Origin: an uncultured candidate division Zixibacteria bacterium
GTDB lineage: Bacteria; Zixibacteria; MSB-5A5; UBA10806
DNA length: 64,000 bases
Reading direction: 5' to 3'
Assembly: GCA_963817915.1 (NCBI GenBank)
Contig: CAWFQL010000012.1
Span: 288,001-352,000, forward strand
The position numbers and the translations under genes were made by a program. This document shows positions 1-8,974 of the stretch, piece after piece. A model generated the notes under the pieces. That model searched no databases, had not been told where the DNA came from, and saw only the letters and a list, made by a program, of their open reading frames with translations. Each line of letters starts with the position of its first letter. The stretch's first letter is position 1.

Positions 1-95
1 CCTATATTAAACGAATTTTTCTGCGCAATCGCCATTACAACACTTTGGCTCTATAATCGTTTTACCGAATAAGGATATTCAAATTAAAAAAGTTG

Positions 96-533
96 CTACC
101 AAAATAGCAGCGGCTTTATCTTTTTTATGTAAAGTGACAGCAAATACGGCAGTTTTGCCATCATTTCAACACTATAATCTTCAGCTAAATGTGCATAGAT
201 CATTGTCGTATCAATCTGCGCATGACCTAATAGTCTTTGTACTGTGAATAATGGTACACCAGCCATCACTAAGTGGCTCGCAAAAGTATGCCTGAAAGTG
301 TGACATGTAGCCCAGGGAAGGCCAATCGAGGTGAGCACATTCGAGATGTGCCGGTCTAACCACCATTCAGACCATTGCGGAAGTTCTTTTCCTTTTTTAG
401 TAAAGGGGCCGAATACCTTCCAATCAGTCCGTTTTTTCAATCTATTTAGCATTTCAATAAAACTTGGTGAATACTTAAGTGGGATTACCCTATTTCGTTT
501 TCCTTTGGCATTAATGCCCTTAACTAACTCATG
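96..533 (-). pseudogene. C-terminal fragment of a tyrosine recombinase/phage integrase (N-terminus missing)
   Basis: HTFRHTFASHL (H-x-x-R), LLGH and TTMIYAH (catalytic Tyr). The frame stays open upstream of the ORF-track ATG through KGKRNRVIPL (catalytic Lys patch) to a TGA at 534-536. The first catalytic Arg and the core-binding domain are absent. Confidence 0.85.
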
Positions 534-650
534 TCACCTATTGTAAACCGAGTAATAGATTCCGGGAGTGTTCTTGATAATTGAAGTATAGCGTTCATCC
601 ACCATTTAATTACCTTAATGGCTTGGATGTCGCCCGGCATAAAACATAGT

Positions 651-668
651 TAGTGAAAAATTTCACTT
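651..668. promoter_or_regulatory. Rex-like palindromic operator next to a TTGACT -35-like hexamer upstream of hdrC
   Basis: TAGTGAAAAATTTCACTT = AGTGAA-N4-TTCACT, matching the Rex consensus core GTGAA-N4-TTCAC. TTGACT lies at 667-672. Confidence 0.6.
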
Positions 669-808
669 GACTTGCTTCCATATAAATGTAAATAGAATGC
701 TTGTCGGAGCAGCATGGTGGTGCGCCAATAGATTGTTTTTATTGCGAGGTTTATGGTGTCCTGACTAATGCTTATGAATACAATTAAAAATTAATATTCG
801 GAGGATCC

Positions 809-1396
809 ATGAAACACAACATTGATCCATTTCCCAAGAAGGAGGCCGAACTGAGAGCCGCATTCTGGGAACAGATCAGCAGTTTCCCCGATGGTCACAA
901 TATCAAAAACTGCCTGCAATGCGGCACCTGCACCGGAACTTGCCCCGTCTCATATGCAATGGACATTACGCCAAGACAAATTATCGCCATGTTTCGGGCG
1001 GGACTTGTCGAGGACGTGCTACAAAGCAGGACAATTTGGCTTTGCGCCTCGTGCTATTCCTGCACCGTGCGGTGCCCATCGGGAATCAGGGTGACCGATA
1101 CGCTCTACGCGCTGAAACGTACCGCCATGGATAAGAAAATCTATCCCCCGAAATTCCCCGTGCACACCCTGTCTCGAGCCTTCATTCAAAATGTCTATAG
1201 ATATGGGCGCAACTATGAACTTGGATTAGGCATTAGATATTTTCTTTCTACAAATTTCATTAAACTTTTCACCAATATAGGATATGGATTCTCAATGATA
1301 CGGCGCGGACGCCTTAATATTATTCCTAGACGACTCAAACGAATAAATCAGGTTCGGGCGATTATTAAAATAGCCGACCAATTCGGGGAGGGCTGA
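809..1396 (+). CDS. hdrC: Heterodisulfide reductase subunit C (2x[4Fe-4S])
   Basis: CLQCGTCTGTCP and WLCASCYSCTVRCP motifs; GGAGG RBS; stop overlaps the hdrB start. Confidence 0.92.
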   Translation: MKHNIDPFPKKEAELRAAFWEQISSFPDGHNIKNCLQCGTCTGTCPVSYAMDITPRQIIAMFRAGLVEDVLQSRTIWLCASCYSCTVRCPSGIRVTDTLYALKRTAMDKKIYPPKFPVHTLSRAFIQNVYRYGRNYELGLGIRYFLSTNFIKLFTNIGYGFSMIRRGRLNIIPRRLKRINQVRAIIKIADQFGEG

Positions 1397-2277
1397 TGCT
1401 GGAATATGCTTATTACCCGGGTTGCAGCCTGGAAAATTCGGCCGGTTCATACGATAAATCGATTCGCGAGGTTTTTAATCGGTTGGGAGTCGGCTTGCAT
1501 GAGATAGAAGATTGGAATTGCTGCGGTGCAACAATGTATATGTCCGTTAAAAAAATAATCGGCTATGCCATCAGCGCCCGCAATCTCGCTATCGCCCAGA
1601 ATATGGGAATGCAGATTTGCGCCCCATGCAGCAGCTGTTACACGATTCTGCGAAAAACAAATCGCCATATCGCCTGGAATGATAAAGAACGCATCAAAAT
1701 CAATGAAGCCTTGAAAGCGGCAGGGCTATCTTATGATACCATAGTCGAGGTTCGCCATCCGCTGGATATTTTGACCAGGGATATCGGTTTGGATTTTATC
1801 AAAGAGAAAGTGGTTAAGCCTCTAAAGGGAATCAAGGTTGCGCCATATTATGGATGTCAGATAGTCAGACCGCATGGATTTTTCGATAATGTCGACAACC
1901 CGATGACAATGGATCATCTTTTTTCGGCCATTGGCGCTCAGGCGGTCGATTACCCCGCCAAGGTCCGCTGTTGCGGTGGCATGCTGATGACAACTCAGGA
2001 GGATGTCGCCTTAAAATTGAATCTCACTCTTCTTCAGGCCGCTGTCGATAACGGCGCCGATATAATCGCTACCGGCTGTCCGCTTTGCGAAATGAATCTC
2101 GAAGCCTATCAAAATAAGATTAATAAAAAATTCGGACAGAATTTTGATATCCCGATTGTCTATTTCAGCCATTTGGTAGGCATAGCATTGGGGGCAAAAC
2201 CGGAAGCGATGGGTATCGACAAACTCCTGAAACAACCCACGAAATTGAATTCTATCGCTAGGGAGGTGATGACATGA
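1396..2277 (+). CDS. hdrB: Heterodisulfide reductase subunit B (two CCG domains)
   Basis: YYPGC..WNCCG..APCSSC and YYGC..RCCGG..GCPLC motifs. Confidence 0.95.
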   Translation: MLEYAYYPGCSLENSAGSYDKSIREVFNRLGVGLHEIEDWNCCGATMYMSVKKIIGYAISARNLAIAQNMGMQICAPCSSCYTILRKTNRHIAWNDKERIKINEALKAAGLSYDTIVEVRHPLDILTRDIGLDFIKEKVVKPLKGIKVAPYYGCQIVRPHGFFDNVDNPMTMDHLFSAIGAQAVDYPAKVRCCGGMLMTTQEDVALKLNLTLLQAAVDNGADIIATGCPLCEMNLEAYQNKINKKFGQNFDIPIVYFSHLVGIALGAKPEAMGIDKLLKQPTKLNSIAREVMT

Positions 2278-3251
2278 ACAATATTTCTACCAACGGTAAT
2301 GGCTATAACCCACCCCGTATAGGAGTTTATGTCTGCCATTGCGGCACCAATATCGCGAAAACAGTCGATGTCGTCAAAGTTGTAGACGCGGTCGCGGCAG
2401 TACCCGGTGTCATCATCGCCCGACATTATCGTTTTATGTGCTCTGATCCCGGCCAGGAGCTTATTCAAAAAGATATTAAAGAACTCAATCTAAATAGAAT
2501 TGTGGTCGCGGCCTGCAGCCCGTTGATGCATGAAGCGACATTCAGGAAAGCCGTCGAATCCGCGGGGCTGAATCGATATCTATTCGAAATGGCGAATATA
2601 AGAGAACAGGTAAGCTGGGTTACCGTCGATTCCAATGCCGCCACGAGAAAAGCCATCGCTTTGCTAAGGGGCTCGATAGCCAGAGTCAAATTACATGAGC
2701 CACTTGAGATGCGGCAGGTATCAATCACCAAACGAGTCATGATTGTCGGCGCGGGGATTGCTGGCATTGAAGCGGCCTTGCAGATTGCCGACGCCGGATT
2801 CGAAGTCATTCTGGTTGAAAGAGAATCTTCCATCGGCGGGCATATGTCGCAATTCGATAAGACTTTCCCGACTCTGGATTGCGCAGCCTGTATTCTAACC
2901 CCGAAAATGGTAAGTGTCGGCAAGCATCCAAATATCCGTTTGATCACATGGGCCGAGGTCGAGGAGGTCAAAGGGTACATTGGTAATTTCAAAATAAAGG
3001 TACGGAAAAAAGCCCGCTACGTCGATACCAAGCTCTGCAATAGCTGTGGTTCCTGCTATGAGGCCTGCCCGAGCCGTCCATATCCAAAATATAGAAGGAT
3101 GCTGCTTGGCGATAAGGTTTTCAAAGAGGGCAAGGCTCTTGATATACGCCATCCCGATTTATTAGGACCGGAGCATGATTTGACAGCATTGACTAGTGCC
3201 CAGCCGATGCCAGAAGCCGTGATTATTCCAGTCAATGGAGGCACAAAATGA
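2274..3251 (+). CDS. hdrA: Heterodisulfide reductase subunit A, N-terminal half (N-terminal Fe-S domain, FAD-binding start, first half of the inserted ferredoxin)
   Basis: RIGVYVCHCGTNIA, VVAACSP, ANIREQ, GAGIAG, DKTFPTLDCAACILTP, then one CxxCxxCxxxCP followed by an unrelated ~60-aa tail. Confidence 0.92.
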   Translation: MNNISTNGNGYNPPRIGVYVCHCGTNIAKTVDVVKVVDAVAAVPGVIIARHYRFMCSDPGQELIQKDIKELNLNRIVVAACSPLMHEATFRKAVESAGLNRYLFEMANIREQVSWVTVDSNAATRKAIALLRGSIARVKLHEPLEMRQVSITKRVMIVGAGIAGIEAALQIADAGFEVILVERESSIGGHMSQFDKTFPTLDCAACILTPKMVSVGKHPNIRLITWAEVEEVKGYIGNFKIKVRKKARYVDTKLCNSCGSCYEACPSRPYPKYRRMLLGDKVFKEGKALDIRHPDLLGPEHDLTALTSAQPMPEAVIIPVNGGTK

Positions 3252-3769
3252 AAACGATGATTGATTCGAAATACGATCTCGAGCAGGCTATTGATTCTAT
3301 TGTCAAAAAATATGAGGCCCAACCGACGGCATTGATAATGATCCTTCAGGATGTCCAGAAACATTACCGTTATCTGCCAGAGGCGGCCATTCGTCTGGTA
3401 TCAGCAAAAATGAATTTGCCGTTAGCGCAGATATACGGCGTGGCGACCTTTTATAGATCATTCAGCCTGAAGCCGAAAGGCAAAAATCATGTATGTGTCT
3501 GCACCGGGACAGCTTGCCATGTTCGTCAGGCGAATGTCATTGTTGAACGGCTGGAAACGGATCTCGGGTTAAAGGCCGGAGAAACATCAAAAGATCTCGA
3601 ATTTAGTTTAGAGACGGTCAATTGTCTCGGAGCCTGCGCTCTGGGGCCATTGGTGACAGCCAATGAAGTCTATTACGGAAATATGACCGTATCGAAGGTT
3701 GACCGGATGCTGGCGAAATTACAGGGCAAAGAAGAATCTCCTGATAATGATGAGGAGGAAGCCGCATGA
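3248..3769 (+). CDS. NuoE/HydC-like [2Fe-2S] subunit
   Basis: GVATFY, VCTGTACH, VNCLGACALGP; ATGA overlaps at both ends. Confidence 0.93.
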   Translation: MKTMIDSKYDLEQAIDSIVKKYEAQPTALIMILQDVQKHYRYLPEAAIRLVSAKMNLPLAQIYGVATFYRSFSLKPKGKNHVCVCTGTACHVRQANVIVERLETDLGLKAGETSKDLEFSLETVNCLGACALGPLVTANEVYYGNMTVSKVDRMLAKLQGKEESPDNDEEEAA

Positions 3770-5781
3770 GCGCATTGAAATTGTCATCTCCTCAGGAATT
3801 GGAAAAATTCAGGGCTCAACTGATAATGGGCCGTCAGACTAATAAGACTGTCATTACAATCTGCGCCGGCACCGGATGCCTGGCGTGCGGATGCGAATCA
3901 GTTACAAAAGCTTTCCGGGATGAATTAGCCGAAAGCAATCTATCCAAAGACGTTGATATCAAAACCACCGGATGCCATGGCTTTTGCGAACGGGGCCCGC
4001 TGGTAGTGATTCAGCCAAAGGGGATTTTTTACCAGAAGGTAAAGCCGTCCGATGTAAAATTAATAATAGACCAAACTATCAAGGGCGGACAGTTAGTCAA
4101 TCGTCTTCTTTACAAAGACCCCCAGACTAAACAGACCATAGTCGAAGAAAAAGATATCCCTTTTTACAAAAAACAGATGCGCCTGATATTCGGCAAAAAC
4201 GGTTTCATGGACCCGACCTCAATTGAGGATTATATTATTTTAGGCGGATACAAGGCGATCTCCAAAGCCCTCACCCAAATGCAGCCTGAACAGATTGTCG
4301 AAGAAGTAAAAAAGTCTGGCCTTAGGGGCCGAGGCGGCGGTGGATTTCTAACTGGAAAAAAATGGGCAACATGTCGCAAAGCCAAGGGCATTCCCAAATA
4401 TGTAATATGTAATGCCGACGAAGGCGATCCCGGAGCTTTCATGGACCGTTCGCTTCTTGAAGGCAATCCACATTCCGTAATCGAAGGCATGATTATCGGA
4501 GCGTTCGCCATCGGGAGCAATGACGGTTATGTATATGTCCGCAATGAATATCCTTTGGCGGTAAAAAATTTGACCATTGCCATCGCTGCGGCGAGGGAGT
4601 ACGGCCTTTTAGGAAAAAACATACTTGGGAGCGGATTTAATTTTGATATAGGAGTCTCTCGGGGCGGAGGCGCCTTCGTTTGCGGTGAATCGACAGCATT
4701 GATGGCGTCGTTGGAAGGCAAGACCGGCGAGCCGCGCGCTAAGTATATTCATACTGTTGAATCGGGACTTTGGGAAAAACCATCCAACCTGAACAATGTC
4801 GAAACCTGGGCTAATGTGCCATTGATAATCGAAAAGGGCGCCGAATGGTATGCCAGTATTGGCACTGAAAATTCCAAGGGCACAAAAGTTTTCGCGTTAA
4901 CAGGCAAAGTCAACAATACTGGCCTAGTCGAAGTCCCCATGGGAATAACTCTTCGCGAAATACTCTATGATATCGGTGGAGGCGTTCCCGGCAAAAAGCG
5001 GTTCAAAGCTGTACAAACCGGTGGGCCATCCGGGGGTACGCTGATAGTTGAAACCAGAGAAGAGAAAATTCACGATAGCCTGGTAGCGCATGGTGACATA
5101 CGCCAGGAAGAAGAAGTAATCAGCCTACTCGACCTACCGGTTGATTTTGATGAGCTAACCAAGGCAGGTTCGATGATGGGGTCCGGCGGCATGATAGTCA
5201 TGGACGAGGACTCATGCATGGTGGACGTGGCTAAATACTTCATCAATTTCCTGCAGGAGGAAAGCTGTGGGAAATGTTTGCCTTGTCGCGAAGGTTTGAG
5301 AACCATGCTCGATGTGCTTACCAGAATCTCCGACGGCCGCGGCGAGATGGAAGATATGGCGCTTTTAGAAGAGCTTTCGCAAGTTATTATTGATACCAGC
5401 CTTTGCCAGCTCGGCGGCAGCGCTCCCAATCCCATCCTTTCGACTCTAAGGTATTTCCGCCAGGAATATACCGCGCATGTTAAAGATAAACGTTGCCCGG
5501 CTGGTGTCTGCAAGGAACTTGTATCTCACGCCATTAGCGAAGACTGCAATGGCTGTCATGCCTGCGCCAAGCCGTGTCCTACTAACGCGATTAAAGGAGA
5601 TCTCAAGGGGCTTCATACGATTATTCAGGATAAATGCATTCAATGCGGCGCCTGCTATCAAATATGCAAATTCAACGCCATAAAGCGGGTGAAACGAGGC
5701 GAAGGGGATATAATCCAGCAGAAAGCAGGACAACAATGGCAGCCAAGAGCAAAAACTCAGCAACCATCGGTGAGCGCATAG
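3766..5781 (+). CDS. NuoF/HydB-like FMN/NAD(P)H-binding subunit with N-terminal thioredoxin-like [2Fe-2S] domain and C-terminal 2x[4Fe-4S]
   Basis: SGLRGRGGGGF, CNADEGDPGAFMD, GAFVCGE, GGPSGG, ESCGKCLPCREG, CPAGVC and two C-terminal CxxCxxCxxxC motifs. Confidence 0.95.
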   Translation: MSALKLSSPQELEKFRAQLIMGRQTNKTVITICAGTGCLACGCESVTKAFRDELAESNLSKDVDIKTTGCHGFCERGPLVVIQPKGIFYQKVKPSDVKLIIDQTIKGGQLVNRLLYKDPQTKQTIVEEKDIPFYKKQMRLIFGKNGFMDPTSIEDYIILGGYKAISKALTQMQPEQIVEEVKKSGLRGRGGGGFLTGKKWATCRKAKGIPKYVICNADEGDPGAFMDRSLLEGNPHSVIEGMIIGAFAIGSNDGYVYVRNEYPLAVKNLTIAIAAAREYGLLGKNILGSGFNFDIGVSRGGGAFVCGESTALMASLEGKTGEPRAKYIHTVESGLWEKPSNLNNVETWANVPLIIEKGAEWYASIGTENSKGTKVFALTGKVNNTGLVEVPMGITLREILYDIGGGVPGKKRFKAVQTGGPSGGTLIVETREEKIHDSLVAHGDIRQEEEVISLLDLPVDFDELTKAGSMMGSGGMIVMDEDSCMVDVAKYFINFLQEESCGKCLPCREGLRTMLDVLTRISDGRGEMEDMALLEELSQVIIDTSLCQLGGSAPNPILSTLRYFRQEYTAHVKDKRCPAGVCKELVSHAISEDCNGCHACAKPCPTNAIKGDLKGLHTIIQDKCIQCGACYQICKFNAIKRVKRGEGDIIQQKAGQQWQPRAKTQQPSVSA

Positions 5782-5790
5782 GAGGATGAG

Positions 5791-7542
5791 ATGGCAAAAA
5801 TCAAAATAAATAATCAGCCGATCGAAGTCGAAGACGGATCATTCATCCTCGAAGCCGCACGCAGTCTGGGCATCGAAATTCCGACATTATGCTATTACCC
5901 ATTCATGACTCCCTATGCCGCCTGCCGTATTTGCGCTGTCGAAGCCGGCGATGGCAGGGGCTGGACGAAAATTGTTACCGCCTGCAATTATCCGGCCTGG
6001 GATGGTCTCGAAATTCAAACCGCGACACCGAGAGTCTTGAATGCCCGCAGAATAAATCTCGAAATGATATTAAGCCGTTGCGCCCCTGCGCCGGTTCTCC
6101 AAAAGCTCGCCGATGATTTGGGTATCAAAAAACCTCGATGGGAGGTAGGCGATGATACATGCATTCTGTGCGGTTTGTGTGTGCGGGTATGCGATGACAT
6201 AGTCGGCGCTCATGCCCTGTCATTCGGAGAACGAGGCATTTACCGCAAAGTGACCACGCCATTTAATGAGCAAAGCGGAGATTGCATTTTATGCGGAGCC
6301 TGCGCCAAGGTCTGTCCCACAGGCCATATCGCGATGGAAGAAATCCACAACCGCGAGATTGTGCATAAAGATATTTCATTGGGCCCCAATACTGCGATAT
6401 CATTACAGTTTCGACAGGCTGTTCCCAATGTCCCCAGAATCAATCCCGAACATTGCATTCATTTCAAAACCGGCGGATGCGAGGTATGCTCGAAGGTCTG
6501 CCCGAAGGATTGCATCAATTACGACGAAAAAGATTCAATTGAGGAATTCGATATTGGCGCGGTCATCATGGCAACAGGATTTGATAATTTCGATCCGACA
6601 CCGATGACCCAATACGGCTATGGCAAATATCCCAATGTCATTACCGCTGAAGAGTTCGAAATGATGAACAATGCCGCCGGACCGACCGGCGGGAAAATCG
6701 TAATGGAAAACGGCCAGGAGCCGCGGGCGATAGGAATACTTCATTGCATTGGCAGCCGCGATCAGAATTACCATAAATACTGCAGCCGGGTTTGCTGTAT
6801 GTACGCCTTCAAATTTTCTCATCTGGTTAAGGAAAAAACTAAAGCGGAAGTATATCAATTCTATATTGATATCCGTAGTTTCGGCAAGGGGTACGAGGAA
6901 TTCTATCAGAGGATACTCAATGAGGATGTCAATGTTATTCGCGGCAAAGGAGCGGAAGTAATTCCATCCGGATTCAGGCGCGGCGAAGAGGGACCGCTCT
7001 TGATTCAATGCGAAGATACGCTTGTCGGCAAATTCCGCGAGATCCCGGTTGATATGGTAATTCTCTGCACGGCTCTTGAGGCCAGATCTGACGCTAAAGA
7101 AGTCGGCCGCAAATTCAATATCTCGACCGGTGCGGACGGCTGGTATATCGAGGCCCATCCCAAGCTTGGCCCTGTTTCGACAACAACTGACGGAGTATTT
7201 CTCGCCGGAGCCTGTCAGAGCGCTAAAGATATCCCCGATTCAGTAGCACAGGGTGGAGCGGCTTCATCACATGCCATGAAATTACTCTGCCAGGGCGAGA
7301 TCATGATGGATGCCGCCTACGCGGTGATCAAAGAGGAAAATTGCAGCGGGTGTAAAATCTGCAATGACCTTTGTCCTTATACCGCGATCGAATTTATAAT
7401 AAACAAGAAAGTAAGTTCGGTTAACTCAGCATTATGCAAGGCATGCGGTACTTGTGTTGCCGCCTGTCCATCGGGCGCGATTGTTGCCAGACATTTCACC
7501 GACGATCAAATATATGCCCAGATTGAAGGGATGCTATTATGA
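5791..7542 (+). CDS. Fusion of a NuoG/HydA N-terminal Fe-S module with the C-terminal half of HdrA
   Basis: IPTLC..ACRIC..TAC [2Fe-2S] and CILCGLCVRVC/CILCGACAKVCP, followed by HdrA motifs QAVP, GAVIMATGF, GPTGG, HCIGSRD, YCSRVCCMYAFK, FYIDIRSFGK, EAHPKL, GACQSAKDIP and a C-terminal 2x[4Fe-4S]. Confidence 0.92.
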   Translation: MAKIKINNQPIEVEDGSFILEAARSLGIEIPTLCYYPFMTPYAACRICAVEAGDGRGWTKIVTACNYPAWDGLEIQTATPRVLNARRINLEMILSRCAPAPVLQKLADDLGIKKPRWEVGDDTCILCGLCVRVCDDIVGAHALSFGERGIYRKVTTPFNEQSGDCILCGACAKVCPTGHIAMEEIHNREIVHKDISLGPNTAISLQFRQAVPNVPRINPEHCIHFKTGGCEVCSKVCPKDCINYDEKDSIEEFDIGAVIMATGFDNFDPTPMTQYGYGKYPNVITAEEFEMMNNAAGPTGGKIVMENGQEPRAIGILHCIGSRDQNYHKYCSRVCCMYAFKFSHLVKEKTKAEVYQFYIDIRSFGKGYEEFYQRILNEDVNVIRGKGAEVIPSGFRRGEEGPLLIQCEDTLVGKFREIPVDMVILCTALEARSDAKEVGRKFNISTGADGWYIEAHPKLGPVSTTTDGVFLAGACQSAKDIPDSVAQGGAASSHAMKLLCQGEIMMDAAYAVIKEENCSGCKICNDLCPYTAIEFIINKKVSSVNSALCKACGTCVAACPSGAIVARHFTDDQIYAQIEGMLL

Positions 7543-8003
7543 GCTTCGAACCAAAAATAATAGGCTTTTTGTGCAATTGGTGCAGCTATACGGGGGCCGA
7601 TCTGGCCGGGACGGCGCGAATGAAATATCCCGCCAATATGTTGAGCATTCGGGTAATGTGCAGCGGTCGTATTGATCCGGGATTTATCTTCGATGCCTTC
7701 AGCAATGGCGCCGATGGTGTTATCGTCTGCGGATGTCATCCCGGCGATTGCCATTATGTCGAGGGCAATTATAAGGTCATGCGCAGAATTCCTCTCACAA
7801 AGAAGATTCTCGAAAATATGGGGATTCCACCGGAGAGGCTTCAACTGGAATGGGTATCGGCTTCAGAAGGCGGCAGGTTTCAGGAAGTGGTGACTAAATT
7901 TACAGAGAAGATCAGGGCTATGGGGCCGTTGGACCTTAAAGAGCTGAAATTTGTCCCGGAGGCGATAATGGAGCAACATCTTGAAGGCAGGGACGCGACA
8001 TGA
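7539..8003 (+). CDS. mvhD: MvhD-type [2Fe-2S] adaptor subunit
   Basis: FLCNWCSYTGADLAG, RVMCSGR, GCHPGDCHY, WVSASEG. Confidence 0.95.
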   Translation: MSFEPKIIGFLCNWCSYTGADLAGTARMKYPANMLSIRVMCSGRIDPGFIFDAFSNGADGVIVCGCHPGDCHYVEGNYKVMRRIPLTKKILENMGIPPERLQLEWVSASEGGRFQEVVTKFTEKIRAMGPLDLKELKFVPEAIMEQHLEGRDAT

Positions 8004-8974
8004 CACCAAAACCTAAATTAGCGATCTATTGGGCGTCATCGTGCGGTGGATGTGATGTCGCTATTCTTGATATCGAAGAAAAAATTCTCGATGTGGCCAA
8101 TTTTTTCGATATAGTATTCTGGCCCTGCGCGACCGATTTCAAATATGATGATGTCAGAAAAATGGCTGATAAATCAATCACTCTTACACTTTTCAATGGC
8201 GCCATTCGGAGCGATGAAAATTTCGATATCGCCAGGCTGCTCAGGCAAAAATCACTTTTGCTTTGCGCATTTGGGAGTTGCGCGTCTGATGGCAGTATCC
8301 CTGCACTTGCAAATCTGGTCGACAAGGAATCGATTTTCGAATATGTTTACGGCAAATCCCCATCCTTAGATAATCACAATGGAACTATTCCTCAAACCAA
8401 GTGCTCGGTTCCCGAAGGAACTCTTACAATCCCGAATTTGTGGAATACTGTTCGCACCCTGGGGCAGACAGTCGATATCGATTATATTATTCCCGGCTGT
8501 CCGCCGCAATCAGATCAAATTGCCGGGGTAGTCGCGGCGGTAATTGATATTATCAGCAATGGCAAACAGCTGCCGCCCAAAGGAGTTGTCCTTGGCGCTG
8601 GCGATAAAAGCTGCTGCGATGAATGTCCTCGCGATCGCAATATCAAAAAGATCAAAAAATTTATAAGGCCATTTGAAATAATACTCGACCCTAAATTATG
8701 CCTTTTAGAGCAAGGGATTGTTTGTCTCGGACCGGCGACCCGATCCGGATGCAAAGCCAAATGCGTCTCGGCCGGTGTTCCCTGTAGAGGATGCTATGGT
8801 GCACCAGTCAATGTGCGGGATCAGGGGGCAAAGATGGTATCGGCCCTGGCGAGCGTAATAGATTCATCAGATCCCGCAGAAATCGATTCAATTATCGATA
8901 CGATTGCCGACCCCGTCGGGACATTTTATAGATTCAGCCTGGCGGATTCCATGTTAAGGAGGGTACAGCGATGA
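8000..8974 (+). CDS. mvhG: [NiFe]-hydrogenase small subunit, MvhG type (group 3c)
   Basis: SSCGGC, FGSCA, PGCPP, CDECPR, CLLEQG..CLGPATRSGC..C..PCRGCYG. Confidence 0.92.
   Translation: MTPKPKLAIYWASSCGGCDVAILDIEEKILDVANFFDIVFWPCATDFKYDDVRKMADKSITLTLFNGAIRSDENFDIARLLRQKSLLLCAFGSCASDGSIPALANLVDKESIFEYVYGKSPSLDNHNGTIPQTKCSVPEGTLTIPNLWNTVRTLGQTVDIDYIIPGCPPQSDQIAGVVAAVIDIISNGKQLPPKGVVLGAGDKSCCDECPRDRNIKKIKKFIRPFEIILDPKLCLLEQGIVCLGPATRSGCKAKCVSAGVPCRGCYGAPVNVRDQGAKMVSALASVIDSSDPAEIDSIIDTIADPVGTFYRFSLADSMLRRVQR

Noticed and set aside
3248..5781. Respiratory complex I nuoEF
   Set aside because: No membrane-arm genes; the extra Fe-S domains and the position inside hdrA point to a soluble HydBC-like module.
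2274..7542. hdrA disrupted as a pseudogene
   Set aside because: Both halves keep their motifs, have coupled starts or an RBS, and the inserted genes are in-frame redox subunits, not a mobile element.
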